DNA from: an uncultured delta proteobacterium
GTDB lineage: Bacteria > Desulfobacterota > Binatia > UBA9968
Length of the DNA: 64,000 bases
Assembly (NCBI GenBank): GCA_963745035.1
Contig: CAVUVW010000013.1
Span: 960,001-1,024,000 of the forward strand
Direction: 5' to 3'
The position numbers and the translations under genes were made by a program. Positions 29,399-40,233 of this stretch are shown in pieces; position 1 is the first letter of the stretch; each line of letters starts with the position of its first letter. The notes under the pieces are model-generated. The model did no database searches. It was not told the origin of the DNA and saw nothing but the letters and a program-made list of their open reading frames with translations.

Positions 29399-29487
29399 TG
29401 GTGCCCGGAGCCGGACTCGAACCGGCACAGACCTTTCGGTCCGAGGGATTTTAAGTCCCTTGTGTCTACCTATTCCACCATCCGGGC
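29399..29487 (-). tRNA. tRNA-Leu (anticodon TAA), CCA encoded
   Basis: GCCCGGATGGTGGAATAGGTAGACACAAGGGACTTAAAATCCCTCGGACCGAAAGGTCTGTGCCGGTTCGAGTCCGGCTCCGGGCACCA; long variable arm. Confidence 0.97.
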
Positions 29488-29594
29488 GCAAAGGAATTCC
29501 ATAACTTGGGGAACCGGCGTTTTCAACCAGTTCGTCTTTCAGCCGAAAAGCAATTCGAGTGGCCCGAGGGCGGCGAATGCAGAGGGTCTACAGG

Positions 29595-29807
29595 TCAGAC
29601 AGATTTTTGCTCAGAGCGGAATTGGTCAAACTCAAGCTTGGGGATACCGAGGGCGCGCAGCGTATAGTAAGTCTCGCCCTCATGCGCCCGATCCAACACA
29701 GTTAGGACAAGCTCCTCCAAGAGCGCTTTGGATTTTCCATTGTCGTAACGCTTCGGAAAGTGTTCGGCCCAGAGTTCTTTAATTTGCCAGCTACTCAGAT
29801 TGTCCAT
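29595..29807 (-). CDS. Hypothetical protein
   Basis: 70-aa helical ORF between hppA and the tRNA. Confidence 0.5.
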   Translation of the reverse strand: MDNLSSWQIKELWAEHFPKRYDNGKSKALLEELVLTVLDRAHEGETYYTLRALGIPKLEFDQFRSEQKSV

Positions 29808-29914
29808 TGAACGCTGCCGGGCTGAACCGGCCGAAGTCGCAGCACGATGCGCGAGGCCAGACAGCTTACGTCTGGCACATCATGTTGATCGCCTGGCTTA
29901 ACACGCGGCCCCGC

Positions 29915-32038
29915 CTACACAAACAACGGCGCGAGCACCAGCGTGATCGTCGCCAGAAGCTTGATCAACACGTGCAGGCTCGGACCTGCGGTGTCTTTGA
30001 ACGGATCGCCGACCGTATCGCCGACCACCGCGGCTTTATGCGTATCGGAGCCCTTGCCGCCGTACGCGCCGGACTCGATAAATTTCTTGGCGTTGTCCCA
30101 AGCGCCGCCGCTGTTGTTGAGGAACGTCGCCACCAAAATCCCGGCGATGGTGCCGACCATCAGAAAAGCCGCCACCGCTTCTGCGCCGACGCCGAACATG
30201 CGGAAGATCAGCCCCACCGCGACCGGCGTGAGAACCGCGATGGCCCCCGGAAGGATCATCTGTTTAAGCGCGCCGACGGTGACGATGTCGACGCAACGCG
30301 CGTAGTCCGGCTTAACGGTGCCCTGGAGTATGCCGGGATTTTCTTTGAATTGCCGTCTGACCTCATTGATAACATAATAGGCGGCTTTGCCCACAGCGCG
30401 AATCGCCAAAGCGGAAAACAAAAATACTAGAGTTGCACCCAGCAGGCCGCCGACGAAAATCTCCGGCTTGGCGATATTGACCCCCTCCAGTTTGGCACCG
30501 TAGTGATGCACTTCGTCGAGGTAAGCGGAAAAGAGCAGAAACGCGGCGAGCGCCGCCGAGCCGATAGCATAGCCTTTCGTGAGCGCTTTTGTGGTGTTGC
30601 CGACCGCGTCCAAGCGATCGGTCTTGTGCCGCACCTCCTCGGGTTGCCCGCTCATCTCGATGATGCCGCCGGCGTTGTCGGTGATCGGTCCGAAGGTATC
30701 CATTGCGAGGATGTATGCCGCGGTTCCCAACATTCCCATGGTCGCCACCGCGGTGCCGAATAAGCCAGCGTTGGGCACGCCGCTCGCGGAGCCGAGAAAA
30801 TATGCGCCGAGAATGGCGATCGAAATTACGATGACCGGGGGGAACGTACATTCGAGACCGACCGCGATGCCGGTGATAATATTGGTCGCCGGGCCGGTCT
30901 GGGAAGCTTCGGCGATCTCTCTCACCGGGCGGTATTTGTATTCGGTGTAGTACTGCGTGATGTAAACAAACGCTTGCGCCATCAAGATGCCGATGACACC
31001 GCACAGGAAAAAGTAGAACCACGCCGAAGTCGCCTCGGGATGGGCGGCCGGGTCCACGGCAAGGAGCCACTTGGCCGAAAAGAAAAATCCGACGATGGCG
31101 AGCGCGCTGGTCACGTAGTAGCCGCGGTTGAGCGCGTTCATCGGGTCTTCGTCTTCCCGGCATTTAACGATCATGACGCCGACGATCGAGGCCAACAGAC
31201 CGAAGGCGCGCGCAACCAGCGGGAAGAGAATTCCCTTCAGGCCGAAAAACGGGTACAGACCGACGCCGAGAATCATCGCGCCGATATTCTCGGCAGCGGT
31301 GGATTCGAACAAATCCGCGCCGCGGCCGGCGCAATCGCCGACGTTGTCGCCGACGAGATCGGCGATGACCGCCGGATTGCGCGGATCGTCTTCCGGTATG
31401 CCGGCTTCGACCTTGCCGACCAAGTCGGCGCCGACGTCGGCCGCTTTGGTGTAGATGCCGCCGCCCAATTGGGCGAACAGGGCGACAAAAGACGCGCCGA
31501 AGCCGTAGCCGACGATGGTAAACGGAATTTTTTGCGGATCGTGGCCGAGGGTTTCCAAAAGCGCATACAAGCCGCCGACTCCGAGTAGGCTCATGGCGAC
31601 GACGAACAGACCGGACACGGCGCCGCCGCGCATGGCGATCTGCAGGCCTTCGTTGAGACTTGACCGAACAGCCGATGCCGTTCGAATGTTAGCGCGGATC
31701 GATACCCACATGCCGACGTAACCGGCGACCACTGAACAAGCTGCCCCTAGGGCGAAAGATAACGTCGTCCAAAAGGCCATCTGCACCGGCGGCACCGGAT
31801 CCGCCGGACTGGGCGTGCGGAAATAGGCGTAGAGAATAAAAATCAGCACCGCCAGAACGGCGGAGTAACTCACAATCGTGCGATTTTGCCGCGACAGGAA
31901 CGCCTCCGCGCCCTCTCTAATCGCGTTGGAAATCTCCTGCATTTTAGGTGTACCGGTGTCGCGCTGCATCACGTAGCGGGCCAAATAGACCGCAAAGGCC
32001 AACGACAGAAAGCTAATCACAATCACAAACGAGATCAT
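29915..32038 (-). CDS. hppA: Membrane-integral pyrophosphatase, probably K+-independent H+-pumping
   Basis: GGGIYTKAADVGADLVGKVE, DLVGDNVGD, GNTTKA (Lys determinant of K+ independence), GDTVGDPFKDTAGP. Confidence 0.95.
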   Translation of the reverse strand: MISFVIVISFLSLAFAVYLARYVMQRDTGTPKMQEISNAIREGAEAFLSRQNRTIVSYSAVLAVLIFILYAYFRTPSPADPVPPVQMAFWTTLSFALGAACSVVAGYVGMWVSIRANIRTASAVRSSLNEGLQIAMRGGAVSGLFVVAMSLLGVGGLYALLETLGHDPQKIPFTIVGYGFGASFVALFAQLGGGIYTKAADVGADLVGKVEAGIPEDDPRNPAVIADLVGDNVGDCAGRGADLFESTAAENIGAMILGVGLYPFFGLKGILFPLVARAFGLLASIVGVMIVKCREDEDPMNALNRGYYVTSALAIVGFFFSAKWLLAVDPAAHPEATSAWFYFFLCGVIGILMAQAFVYITQYYTEYKYRPVREIAEASQTGPATNIITGIAVGLECTFPPVIVISIAILGAYFLGSASGVPNAGLFGTAVATMGMLGTAAYILAMDTFGPITDNAGGIIEMSGQPEEVRHKTDRLDAVGNTTKALTKGYAIGSAALAAFLLFSAYLDEVHHYGAKLEGVNIAKPEIFVGGLLGATLVFLFSALAIRAVGKAAYYVINEVRRQFKENPGILQGTVKPDYARCVDIVTVGALKQMILPGAIAVLTPVAVGLIFRMFGVGAEAVAAFLMVGTIAGILVATFLNNSGGAWDNAKKFIESGAYGGKGSDTHKAAVVGDTVGDPFKDTAGPSLHVLIKLLATITLVLAPLFV

Positions 32039-32067
32039 TACTCCTCCTCATCCCTTTACGTTCCATG

Positions 32068-32796
32068 TCATTCTGGTCTGCGCCAAATATACGCGATGCC
32101 GATGCTGAGCACGTAGAGAAGCATCATCGGAACAGCGAGCAGGCTCTGGTTGATCACATCGGGCGTCGGCGTCAGCATCGCTGCGATGACAAAAATGACG
32201 ACCAGAGCATAGCGAAACGACCGCAGCATAAAGCGGTAGTCCCAGATACCGGCCCGCACCAAAAAAAATGTAAAAACAGGCAGCTCGAACGTCGCACTAA
32301 AGGCCAAAACCATACGAAAGAAAAAACTAAAATATTCGCCGATCCGGATCGCGGGACTGACTCCCATGCTTTCGTACTGCTCGATGAAATACTTGAACGC
32401 GACCGGCAAAACGAATCGATAGCAAAAAAACGCGCCGCACACGAAAAAAAACGTGGCGCAAAATACGAATGGAAGAACCCACATCTTCTCCCGGCCCGAC
32501 AGCCCCGGCGCGATAAAGCGCCAGATCTGGTAAAAGATGACCGGCGAGGAAAACAGCACCCCCGCGGCGAGGGCGACTTTGATCTCGACAAAGAATGCTT
32601 CGGTGACGCTGGTGCCGATGAGATTCTGGCCCGGCTGCAGATTTTGCCGCAGCGGCGCGACGACAAAGGCGAAAATCGCGTCGGCAAAAAAATAACTGAC
32701 ACCCGAGGCGAGAACGATAGCCAAAATGGATTTCAGAATGCACCAGCGGAGCTCTTCGAGGTGCTCCGCCAGAGTCATATTGGAATCGCTCGCCAC
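32068..32796 (-). CDS. tatC: Twin-arginine translocase TatC
   Basis: MTLAEHLEELR, YQIWRFIAPGL, FELPV, LTPTPD. Confidence 0.95.
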   Translation of the reverse strand: MASDSNMTLAEHLEELRWCILKSILAIVLASGVSYFFADAIFAFVVAPLRQNLQPGQNLIGTSVTEAFFVEIKVALAAGVLFSSPVIFYQIWRFIAPGLSGREKMWVLPFVFCATFFFVCGAFFCYRFVLPVAFKYFIEQYESMGVSPAIRIGEYFSFFFRMVLAFSATFELPVFTFFLVRAGIWDYRFMLRSFRYALVVIFVIAAMLTPTPDVINQSLLAVPMMLLYVLSIGIAYIWRRPE

Positions 32797-32831
32797 AATC
32801 CACTACCACAGACCGAACAAGAAAATTGCAA

Positions 32832-32862
32832 AAAAGGGGAAGGATACGATCCCTTCCCCTTT
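32832..32862. terminator. Intrinsic terminator
   Basis: AAAGGGGAAGGAT-acg-ATCC(C)TTCCCCTTT with flanking A/T runs. Confidence 0.7.
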
Positions 32863-32897
32863 CTTGCTGGCTAAAACTCGGTAACGCCGAATCGACT

Positions 32898-33122
32898 TTA
32901 CTTGGTTTTCGCCTCGTCTTTCTTCTCAGCAGGCTTGTCCGGCATTGGAGCCGCATCCTTTGCAGGCTCGCTCGGCGTTGCAGGGGGAGCCGGTTCCGCA
33001 GGTGCTGCTGGAGCAGGCGGTGGCGGCGGCGGTGCTGGTTCTTCCTTCTTACCGCACCCTACGAATGTTAGCGTAAAAGCGAAAAGCGTAATGGCCGACA
33101 ATGAAACAAACTTCTTTCCCAT
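32898..33122 (-). CDS. Small Pro/Ala-rich lipoprotein
   Basis: GGAGG RBS; signal ending FVG-C; PAPPPPPPAPAAP. Confidence 0.7.
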   Translation of the reverse strand: MGKKFVSLSAITLFAFTLTFVGCGKKEEPAPPPPPPAPAAPAEPAPPATPSEPAKDAAPMPDKPAEKKDEAKTK

Positions 33123-33425
33123 CACTGATTCACCTCCTTTCCCGTCACTTGTACTTTGCCCGTTAAGAATTTTGTATCGCACAACTGAATGGGATATTCA
33201 AGCGGTATGAACACGATATCGGCGCGCCATGGCGGCATTTTTCGCGGCGCGAATCCGAGCACCTGACGAACTTTCGGCGGCCGCGGGACATCGGCAAAAG
33301 CAAATTTTTTTTGTTGCGTCCATGCCACGACTCGGGAAAATTTATCCGCCGTCAAAAAACAATCGACGCCGTCGTGCGATTTTCTCGTGACCTTCGGATC
33401 AAACGCTTTCGATCCTCACCGCGAA

Positions 33426-33445
33426 TGTGCATAAGTTGTGGATAA
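33426..33445. promoter_or_regulatory. Tandem DnaA boxes
   Basis: TGTGCATAA (33426, one mismatch) and TGTGGATAA (33437, reverse complement of consensus TTATCCACA). Confidence 0.55.
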
Positions 33446-33829
33446 CTGAATGCACGCATGGCCCGCAAGGCGAAAAATAGCGTACCTCAGCGAATTGCCT
33501 AATTTCTTGGCTAGCGAAATCATATAAAAACGAGCACTTGAAAATTTCGCTATATTCTCGCCGGCGATTTACCGTAGTAATTGCCGCCGTCGGCCGGCGA
33601 TTTCGAACCGCTGTAATCGTGAGATGGTGTTCGGGTCTTCGCGCGAGAAAATTCACCGGCGCCCATCATGCTCGCCGCGGAGCGGCGTTCGGCTATTTTC
33701 GATTCGCGCCGCGCTGTGTGATGCGCAAACATACAACCGCGGTGGTTGCGGATGAAACCCGCGCGCCGACGCGTTGACTCCGCCGGCGGTCGATGGTAGA
33801 AAACTGAAAGTTTACGCGAGGAGGATTTC

Positions 33830-34102
33830 TTGATCACCCACAAGTCAGCCATCAAGAGGCATCGTCAAAGCCTCAAGAAGCGGGCGCGAAACATCGAGAC
33901 CAAGTCCAAGCTGAGAACTCTGATTAAAAGGGCGCGCTCGGCAATCGAAGCGAAAAATCAGGTGAACGCCACCACTCAAGTTCAGGCCGTCAACAAAGCG
34001 TTGGGTAAGGCCGTGCGCAAGGGCGTGATCAAGAGCAACACCGCTTCGCGCTGGCTGGCGCGTCTGGCGCGCTCGGCGGCGCGCATCTCCGCGGCCGGCT
34101 AG
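33830..34102 (+). CDS. rpsT: 30S ribosomal protein S20
   Basis: HKSAIKRHRQSLKKRARN...KGVIKSNTASR; GGAGGA RBS. Confidence 0.95.
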   Translation: MITHKSAIKRHRQSLKKRARNIETKSKLRTLIKRARSAIEAKNQVNATTQVQAVNKALGKAVRKGVIKSNTASRWLARLARSAARISAAG

Positions 34103-34146
34103 GCCGCGCCACAAGTCATCCCCGCAGCGCCGGCATCACTCCGCTC

Positions 34147-34758
34147 CTAGAACATCTCCATCACGCGCTGGTAAAGCTCCTGGGCGAAGCGCTCCATCAA
34201 CTGATCCTGCATCATCCGGGTCTCGATTTCGGTCAACTGGATATCGGTGAACCGACGCACGTCCGTGGAATTCAACGTGCCGGTGCGAAACTCCGACGAG
34301 GTCGTGACTACCGCGGCGCGCGAGCCGGCGTAGATTTCGGTCAGAAGAACCCCTTGGCCGCGCCACAGGATCTCGTCGGGTTGGCGCCGCCGGAGAGTTA
34401 CATCCAGAGTGAGCGTGGATTCGTACTGCAGAACTTCATCGTCGCGGTTGACCGAAGCGACGGTGCTTTCCAGCGAGCGGATCACGCCACTAAGGATCAC
34501 GTCGGCCTGCTCGGAGTGATCGACCATTTTGAGATTGCTGCGCCGGTAAATTTCGCCGCGCAAAGCCGTAGCCAGCTCTTTGTCCAAGCCGACCACGCGG
34601 CTGCGATTCACGAAGGTTTCCACGTAAATCGTCTTGGCGTCCGGTGGCAGCAGCGAGGTCTCGCCGACGAATTGATAACCACAGCCGTTCAACGCTACGA
34701 AGAGCGCGACGGCCAGCACCGCCGTGAGGCGAGAGCACACAAGATTTTTAACGCGCAT
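34147..34758 (-). CDS. lptE: LPS assembly lipoprotein LptE
   Basis: LNG-CGYQF lipobox; conserved position after leuS. Confidence 0.8.
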   Translation of the reverse strand: MRVKNLVCSRLTAVLAVALFVALNGCGYQFVGETSLLPPDAKTIYVETFVNRSRVVGLDKELATALRGEIYRRSNLKMVDHSEQADVILSGVIRSLESTVASVNRDDEVLQYESTLTLDVTLRRRQPDEILWRGQGVLLTEIYAGSRAAVVTTSSEFRTGTLNSTDVRRFTDIQLTEIETRMMQDQLMERFAQELYQRVMEMF

Positions 34759-34761
34759 AGA

Positions 34762-37368
34762 TCAACCCTCTAAGACGATATTCACCAGGCGGCGCGGCAC
34801 GTAGACCACACGGCGGACTTTCTTGCCGTCAAGTAGGCCGGCGACCTTCGGATCGCTCAATGCGTCGGTCTCGATCCGCTCCTGCGTCATGTCCGCGGGC
34901 ACCGTGATCTTGCCCCGGACTTTGCCGTTCACTTGCACGATGATCAAGAGCTGTTCCTCTTCGAGCGCTGCCGCGGAGTATGCCGGCCAGGCGATCTGAT
35001 CGATCCGATCGCCGTGACCGAGCTCCTGCCAAAGCTCGCTTGCCACGTGCGGCACGAACGGCGCCAACAGCAGGACCACGGTTTCCAGTCCGTGTCGACG
35101 AACCGCTGCGCTCGCGCTCGAGCGGTCACCGCGCTGGGCGGCCGCGCTGAGCGCGTTAAAAAGCTCCATGATCGCGGCGATCGCGGTGTTAAAATGAAAC
35201 CGTTGCTCGATGTCCTCGGAAACCTTTTTGATCGTACGATGCACGGCCCGCCGGAGATCGCGCAACTCGGTGGAGAGCTCTCCGTCTTCACTCGCCGCGC
35301 CGACGTTCTCCCATATCGGTCGCTCCTGAACGATCAGCCGCCACAGCCGCGAAAGAAATCGGTACGCGCCTTCGACGCCTTGATCGCTCCACTCGAGATC
35401 TTTTTCGGGCGGCGCCGCGAAAAGCGTGAACAAGCGCGCGGTATCGGCGCCGTAGCGGCTGATGAGATCTTCGGGATCGATGATGTTCTTTTTCGACTTG
35501 GACATCTTTTCGACCCGGCCGATGGTGACCGGCCGGCTGCACTGGGCGCATTGCCAGCCGTCCTTTTCCGAACCGATGAGATCGCCGGGAAACAGCCAAC
35601 CATGCTCCGGACAACGATAGGTCTCCTTCGAAACCATGCCCTGGGTGAGCAGGTTGGTGAACGGCTCATCGACTTTGGTCAGCCCCAAATCACGCAGCGC
35701 CTTGGTGAAAAAGCGCGCGTAGAGCAAGTGCAGCACGGCATGCTCGACGCCGCCGATATACTGATCGACGGGCATCCATCGATCCGCCTGCGCGGGATCG
35801 AAGGGCGCCCGGTCAAAGCGCGCGGAAGTGTAGCGGAGAAAATACCAGGACGAATCGACGAACGTGTCCATGGTATCGGTCTCGCGGCGGGCGGGGCCGC
35901 CGCATTGCGGGCACGAAACCGCAGAGAAAGTCTTGCTCTCGCGCAAAGGCGACCCGCCTTTGCCGGTAAACGGCACATCCGTCGGCAGCTCGACCGGCAG
36001 CTCGGCTTCCGGCACCGGCACGGCGCCGCATTTTTCGCAGTAGATGATCGGGATCGGCGTGCCCCAGTAGCGCTGACGCGAGACGCCCCAGTCGCGCAGC
36101 CGGTAGCGAATTTCCTTTTTGCCCCACCCTTTCGTCTCCGCGTGCGCGGCGATTTTTTCCTTGCCGGCGCTGTTTGACAAGCCCGAGAACTCGCCGCTTT
36201 CGGCCATCACGCCGTCATCGACATAGGCCTCGGTCATGGCGGCCGGCGTCAACGCGCGCTCCGCCGGCTGGATCACCACGCGGATGGGCAAATTATATTT
36301 TCTTGCAAACTCAAAATCGCGCTGATCGTGCGCCGGCACCGCCATGACGGCGCCGGTGCCGTACTCCATGAGAACGAAATTGGCGAGGTAGATCGGAATG
36401 TTCTCGCCGGTGAACGGATTGCGGCAGTAGGCCCCGGTAAACACACCCTCTTTTTCCGCCTCGTCTTCACCGCGGCGCGCCTGGCTGATTTTACCGATGC
36501 GCTCGATGAAGTCCGCCACCGCCCGCTCCTGCGCCGTGCCGCGCGCAAGCTCCGGCGCCAGCGGATGCTCGACGGCGAGCGAAACGAAGGTCGCTCCGAA
36601 GATGGTATCGGCTCGGGTCGTAAAAATCCTGAGCGCGCCCGCGTGGCCGACTAGCGGAAAATCGATTTCCGCGCCCGTCGACTTGCCGATCCAGTTGCGC
36701 TGCATGATGAGAACTTTTTCCGGCCAGCCGGTGAGCTTATCGAGATTCTGAAGCAGTTCCTCGGCGTAATCGGTAATGCGAAAAAACCATTGCTCCAGCT
36801 CTTTCTGCACGACCACGCTGTCGCAGCGCCAGCAGGCGCCGTCCACCACCTGCTCGTTGGCGAGCACGGTCTCGCACGACGGGCACCAGTTGACGAAGGA
36901 GTTTTTCTTGTAGGCAAGCCCCTTTTTGTAGAACTGCAAAAAGATCCACTGGTTCCAGCGGTAATATTCGGGATCGCAGGTGGCGATCTCGCGCTCCCAG
37001 TCGTAGGACAGCCCCATGCGCCGGAGCTGAGTCTTCATGTAGAGAATATTTTCCCGCGTCCAGACTTCCGGATGGACTTCGCGCTCGATGGCGGCGTTTT
37101 CCGCCGGCAGGCCGAAGGCGTCCCAACCCATCGGATGAAGCACATCGAAGCCGCGCATGCGCTTGTAGCGCGCCACCACGTCGCCGATCGAATAATTGCG
37201 CACGTGGCCCATGTGGATGCGCCCGGACGGATAGGGAAACATTTCCAAAACGTAATATTTCGGCTTGGCGGAATCCTCGCCGGCGCGAAACGCCTCGCGC
37301 TCCGCCCAAAAGCGCTGCCATTTCTCTTCGATCGCCGCGGGCCGGTAACGTTCTTCCATGACGGTCAC
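34762..37368 (-). CDS. leuS: Leucine--tRNA ligase
   Basis: [18 protein letters not shown], editing domain [15 protein letters not shown]. Confidence 0.98.
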   Translation of the reverse strand: MTVMEERYRPAAIEEKWQRFWAEREAFRAGEDSAKPKYYVLEMFPYPSGRIHMGHVRNYSIGDVVARYKRMRGFDVLHPMGWDAFGLPAENAAIEREVHPEVWTRENILYMKTQLRRMGLSYDWEREIATCDPEYYRWNQWIFLQFYKKGLAYKKNSFVNWCPSCETVLANEQVVDGACWRCDSVVVQKELEQWFFRITDYAEELLQNLDKLTGWPEKVLIMQRNWIGKSTGAEIDFPLVGHAGALRIFTTRADTIFGATFVSLAVEHPLAPELARGTAQERAVADFIERIGKISQARRGEDEAEKEGVFTGAYCRNPFTGENIPIYLANFVLMEYGTGAVMAVPAHDQRDFEFARKYNLPIRVVIQPAERALTPAAMTEAYVDDGVMAESGEFSGLSNSAGKEKIAAHAETKGWGKKEIRYRLRDWGVSRQRYWGTPIPIIYCEKCGAVPVPEAELPVELPTDVPFTGKGGSPLRESKTFSAVSCPQCGGPARRETDTMDTFVDSSWYFLRYTSARFDRAPFDPAQADRWMPVDQYIGGVEHAVLHLLYARFFTKALRDLGLTKVDEPFTNLLTQGMVSKETYRCPEHGWLFPGDLIGSEKDGWQCAQCSRPVTIGRVEKMSKSKKNIIDPEDLISRYGADTARLFTLFAAPPEKDLEWSDQGVEGAYRFLSRLWRLIVQERPIWENVGAASEDGELSTELRDLRRAVHRTIKKVSEDIEQRFHFNTAIAAIMELFNALSAAAQRGDRSSASAAVRRHGLETVVLLLAPFVPHVASELWQELGHGDRIDQIAWPAYSAAALEEEQLLIIVQVNGKVRGKITVPADMTQERIETDALSDPKVAGLLDGKKVRRVVYVPRRLVNIVLEG

Positions 37369-37853
37369 GTCGCCGATTTCGCGCTCTGCGCCACTTGATC
37401 GAGGACGCCGTTGATAAACGGCGCGGAGTCGGCGCTGCCGAAGCGCTTGCCGATCTCGATCGCTTCATCGAGGCTCACCGTGGTTGGAATATCCGGGCAG
37501 AAAATCAGCTCATAAGTCGCCACGCGCAAGATCACCAGATCCACCTTGGCGAGGCGCGCAAGCTTCCAGTTCTCGGTGCTTTGCTCAATCGCCTGGTCGA
37601 TCGCGGGGCGCTGGCTGACAACGCCCGACACCAACCGGCGTGCAAATTCCTTGGCTTTGGCATTGCCTTCGAAGTGTTCGAGAAAAAGGTCCACCGCCCG
37701 CACCGATGGGTCGCCGGTAATCTCAATCTGGTAAAGCGCCTGGAGCGCCAGCTCGCGCCCTTTACGGCGCGTGCCTTTGACCGTGTGCTCGGAGCGCGGT
37801 TCCTGTGGATTGTCTGACAATGTGCTCTCTGGAATGGCTGGGACAATCGACAC
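37365..37853 (-). CDS. nusB: Transcription antitermination factor NusB
   Basis: [32 protein letters not shown]. Confidence 0.95.
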   Translation of the reverse strand: MSIVPAIPESTLSDNPQEPRSEHTVKGTRRKGRELALQALYQIEITGDPSVRAVDLFLEHFEGNAKAKEFARRLVSGVVSQRPAIDQAIEQSTENWKLARLAKVDLVILRVATYELIFCPDIPTTVSLDEAIEIGKRFGSADSAPFINGVLDQVAQSAKSAT

Positions 37854-37857
37854 GAAG

Positions 37858-38326
37858 TCACGACAAGGCGCGCATCACGTGGATCAATTCGACCGCCGTG
37901 AGCAGCGCCTCATAACCTTTGTTGGCGTCCTTGATACCGGATCGCTCCATTGCTTGCTGGACGTCGTCGGTGGTCAAAACGCCGAAGCCGATGGGAATTT
38001 TATATGTTTGCACGGCGTCGCCGACGCCGCGCGTCACCGCGTCACAGACATAATCGAAATGCGGGGTATCGCCGCGGATGACTGCGCCGAGGCAAACCAG
38101 CGCATCGTATTTACCGCTTGCCGCCATCCTGTCGATCGCCAGAGGGATCTCAAAGGCACCCGGCACACGAACTACGGTCAGATCGTCCTCGACGCCGCCG
38201 TGGCTTAGAAACCCATCGATGGCGCCCTCGAGCAGCTTCTCCGTGACGAAATGGTTAAAGCGGCTCACGCACGATGCCGATCTTCAGACCGTGCGCGTCC
38301 TTCTTCCCTTCGAGAACGTTTGGCAT
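37858..38326 (-). CDS. ribH: Lumazine synthase (extra base near 38269)
   Basis: MPNVLEGKKDAHGLKIGIV + SRFN...VPGAFEIP, GAVIRGDTPHFDYV. Confidence 0.93.
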
Positions 38327-38350
38327 GGATGCTGTGCGCGGCGCAAAAGA

Positions 38351-39577
38351 TCAGTGCTTGACCGACTTGCTTTCGAGGTTGGAGAACAGGTGGCCGAGCT
38401 TGCGCTGTTTGGTGCGCAGGTAGTGAATATTGGTGTCGCGTGGCGCCACTTCGAGCGGCACGCGCTCGACGATCTTGATGCCGTATCCTTCCAGGCCCGT
38501 GATCTTGCGTGGGTTGTTGGTCAGCAGAGAAATCTTTTTGACCCGCAAATCACGCAAGATCTGCGCGCTGATGCCGTAATCGCGCAAATCCTCCTTGAAG
38601 CCCAACTCAATATTGGCTTCTACCGTATCGCGCCCCTGATCCTGCAACGCGTAGGCCCGGATCTTGTTGGTCAGACCGATGCCGCGCCCTTCCTGGTGCA
38701 TGTAGATCAACACACCCTTGCCTTGCTGGTCGATCAGGCGCAGCGATTGGCGGATCTGATCGCCGCAGTCGCAGCGCTCCGAGCCGAACACGTCCCCCGT
38801 CAGACACTCGGAATGGACGCGTACCAGAGTCTTATCACCGCTGTCGATGTCGCCTTTCACCAGCGCCATGTGCTCGACGCCGTCGACTTCGTTGCGATAA
38901 ATGATCGCGCGGTACATGCCGCCGTGGATCGTCGGGAACTCCTGTTCGGCGACCCGCTTGACCAGACTTTCGTTGCGCAGCCGATAGGCGATCAGGTTCG
39001 CTACCGAGACGATCTTGAGATGCTCGCGCTCGGCCAATCCCTGCAGCGCCGGCAGCAGCGCCACCGCGCCGTCATCATCCAAAATCTGGCAAATGACGCC
39101 CGCCGGTTTGAAGCCGGCGAGCCGGGCAAGATCCACCGATGCGTCCGTGCGGCCTGAGCGCGCCAACACTCCCCCGCTGCGCGCCTGAAGCGGCTGCACG
39201 TGGCCCGGAATCACCAGGTCCTCGTGTCTGGTCTGCTCGGCGATCGACGCCTGAATGGTATGCGCGCGCCCGTGGGCCGAAACTCCGTGCACGCCTTCCA
39301 GGGCGATGGAGAACGACGCGCCGCAGATCAGCCCCGCAAGCGAGCTGTTCGCCTCCGGGATCATCGGAATGCCGATCTCGCGAATGCGCTCGTCGGTGAG
39401 GGTCACGTAGATGATGCCGCGTCCCTGGCGCGCCATGTAATTGACGCTTTGCGCCGTCACTTTTTCCGCCGCCAGGCAGAAAAATCCATTGCTTTCCGGG
39501 GCGTCTTCGTCGACCAGAATGACCATCCGGCCGTTACGAATCTCTTCCACGCCCTCTTCGATGGTGGAAATCGCCAT
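38351..39577 (-). CDS. ribBA: RibBA fusion: degenerate DHBP synthase domain plus intact GTP cyclohydrolase II
   Basis: [34 protein letters not shown]; N-terminal RibB-like domain with altered catalytic motifs. Confidence 0.9.
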   Translation of the reverse strand: MAISTIEEGVEEIRNGRMVILVDEDAPESNGFFCLAAEKVTAQSVNYMARQGRGIIYVTLTDERIREIGIPMIPEANSSLAGLICGASFSIALEGVHGVSAHGRAHTIQASIAEQTRHEDLVIPGHVQPLQARSGGVLARSGRTDASVDLARLAGFKPAGVICQILDDDGAVALLPALQGLAEREHLKIVSVANLIAYRLRNESLVKRVAEQEFPTIHGGMYRAIIYRNEVDGVEHMALVKGDIDSGDKTLVRVHSECLTGDVFGSERCDCGDQIRQSLRLIDQQGKGVLIYMHQEGRGIGLTNKIRAYALQDQGRDTVEANIELGFKEDLRDYGISAQILRDLRVKKISLLTNNPRKITGLEGYGIKIVERVPLEVAPRDTNIHYLRTKQRKLGHLFSNLESKSVKH

Positions 39578-39581
39578 GCGG

Positions 39582-40187
39582 CTAAAACGACTTGCGGCGG
39601 CGCTTCGGCATGAAGCTGCGCACGTATTTTCCGATCAGATCAGTTTCGATGTTGACCTTATCACCAACCCCGCGGGCGCGCAAATTAGTGTGGCGCAGCG
39701 TGAATGGGATGATCGCGACGGAAAAGCGCTCCCGCCGGCATTCATTGACGGTCAAGCTGATGCCGTCCACGGCCACCGATCCTTTCGATACCAACAACGC
39801 TCCGAGCGCCGGCGGCACGCGAAATTGGAATACGGTAAAATCGCCTTCTTTCATGATCGCCGCAATCGCGCCGACACCGTCGACATGGCCGGTCACCAAA
39901 TGGCCGCCGAGGCGCTCCTCAAGCCGCATGGGCTGCTCGAGATTGACCAGAGCGCCCACCCCCAAGCGATCGAGATTTGTCCGCCTGAGAGTTTCCGGCG
40001 ACACGTCGACGGTAAACGCTCCCTTGGCCTTTTTCACCACCGTCAAGCACGCGCCGTTGACGGCGATGCTCGCGCCAAGCGCCATCGAGCGGACGGCGAG
40101 TTTCGTCCGCACCGTCAGCGCCGCCGCGCCGTTTTTCCGGCGCAAGGCGGCGATGACGCCGACGTCTTCGATCAGTCCGGTGAACAT
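39582..40187 (-). CDS. ribE: Riboflavin synthase
   Basis: [27 protein letters not shown]. Confidence 0.95.
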   Translation of the reverse strand: MFTGLIEDVGVIAALRRKNGAAALTVRTKLAVRSMALGASIAVNGACLTVVKKAKGAFTVDVSPETLRRTNLDRLGVGALVNLEQPMRLEERLGGHLVTGHVDGVGAIAAIMKEGDFTVFQFRVPPALGALLVSKGSVAVDGISLTVNECRRERFSVAIIPFTLRHTNLRARGVGDKVNIETDLIGKYVRSFMPKRRRKSF

Positions 40188-40233
40188 GATCTCACTTTTC
40201 AGCGCGGCGCAGCGCCTCCGAAGTAGCTCCCAT

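Larger units (their letters stand above)
19438..29457. mobile_element. ~10 kb phage-derived element integrated at tRNA-Leu(TAA)
   Basis: Exact 59-bp direct repeat at both ends, terminase and capsid-accessory genes, visibly more AT-rich small ORFs. Confidence 0.9.

Noticed and set aside
29399-29487. bldA-like control of island genes via rare TTA codons
   Set aside because: Some TTA codons occur in island ORFs, but lower GC explains this and enrichment cannot be shown without counts.
29177-29491. ORFs spanning the tRNA and the att copy (29177..29491, 19279..19467)
   Set aside because: Spurious translations of tRNA sequence.
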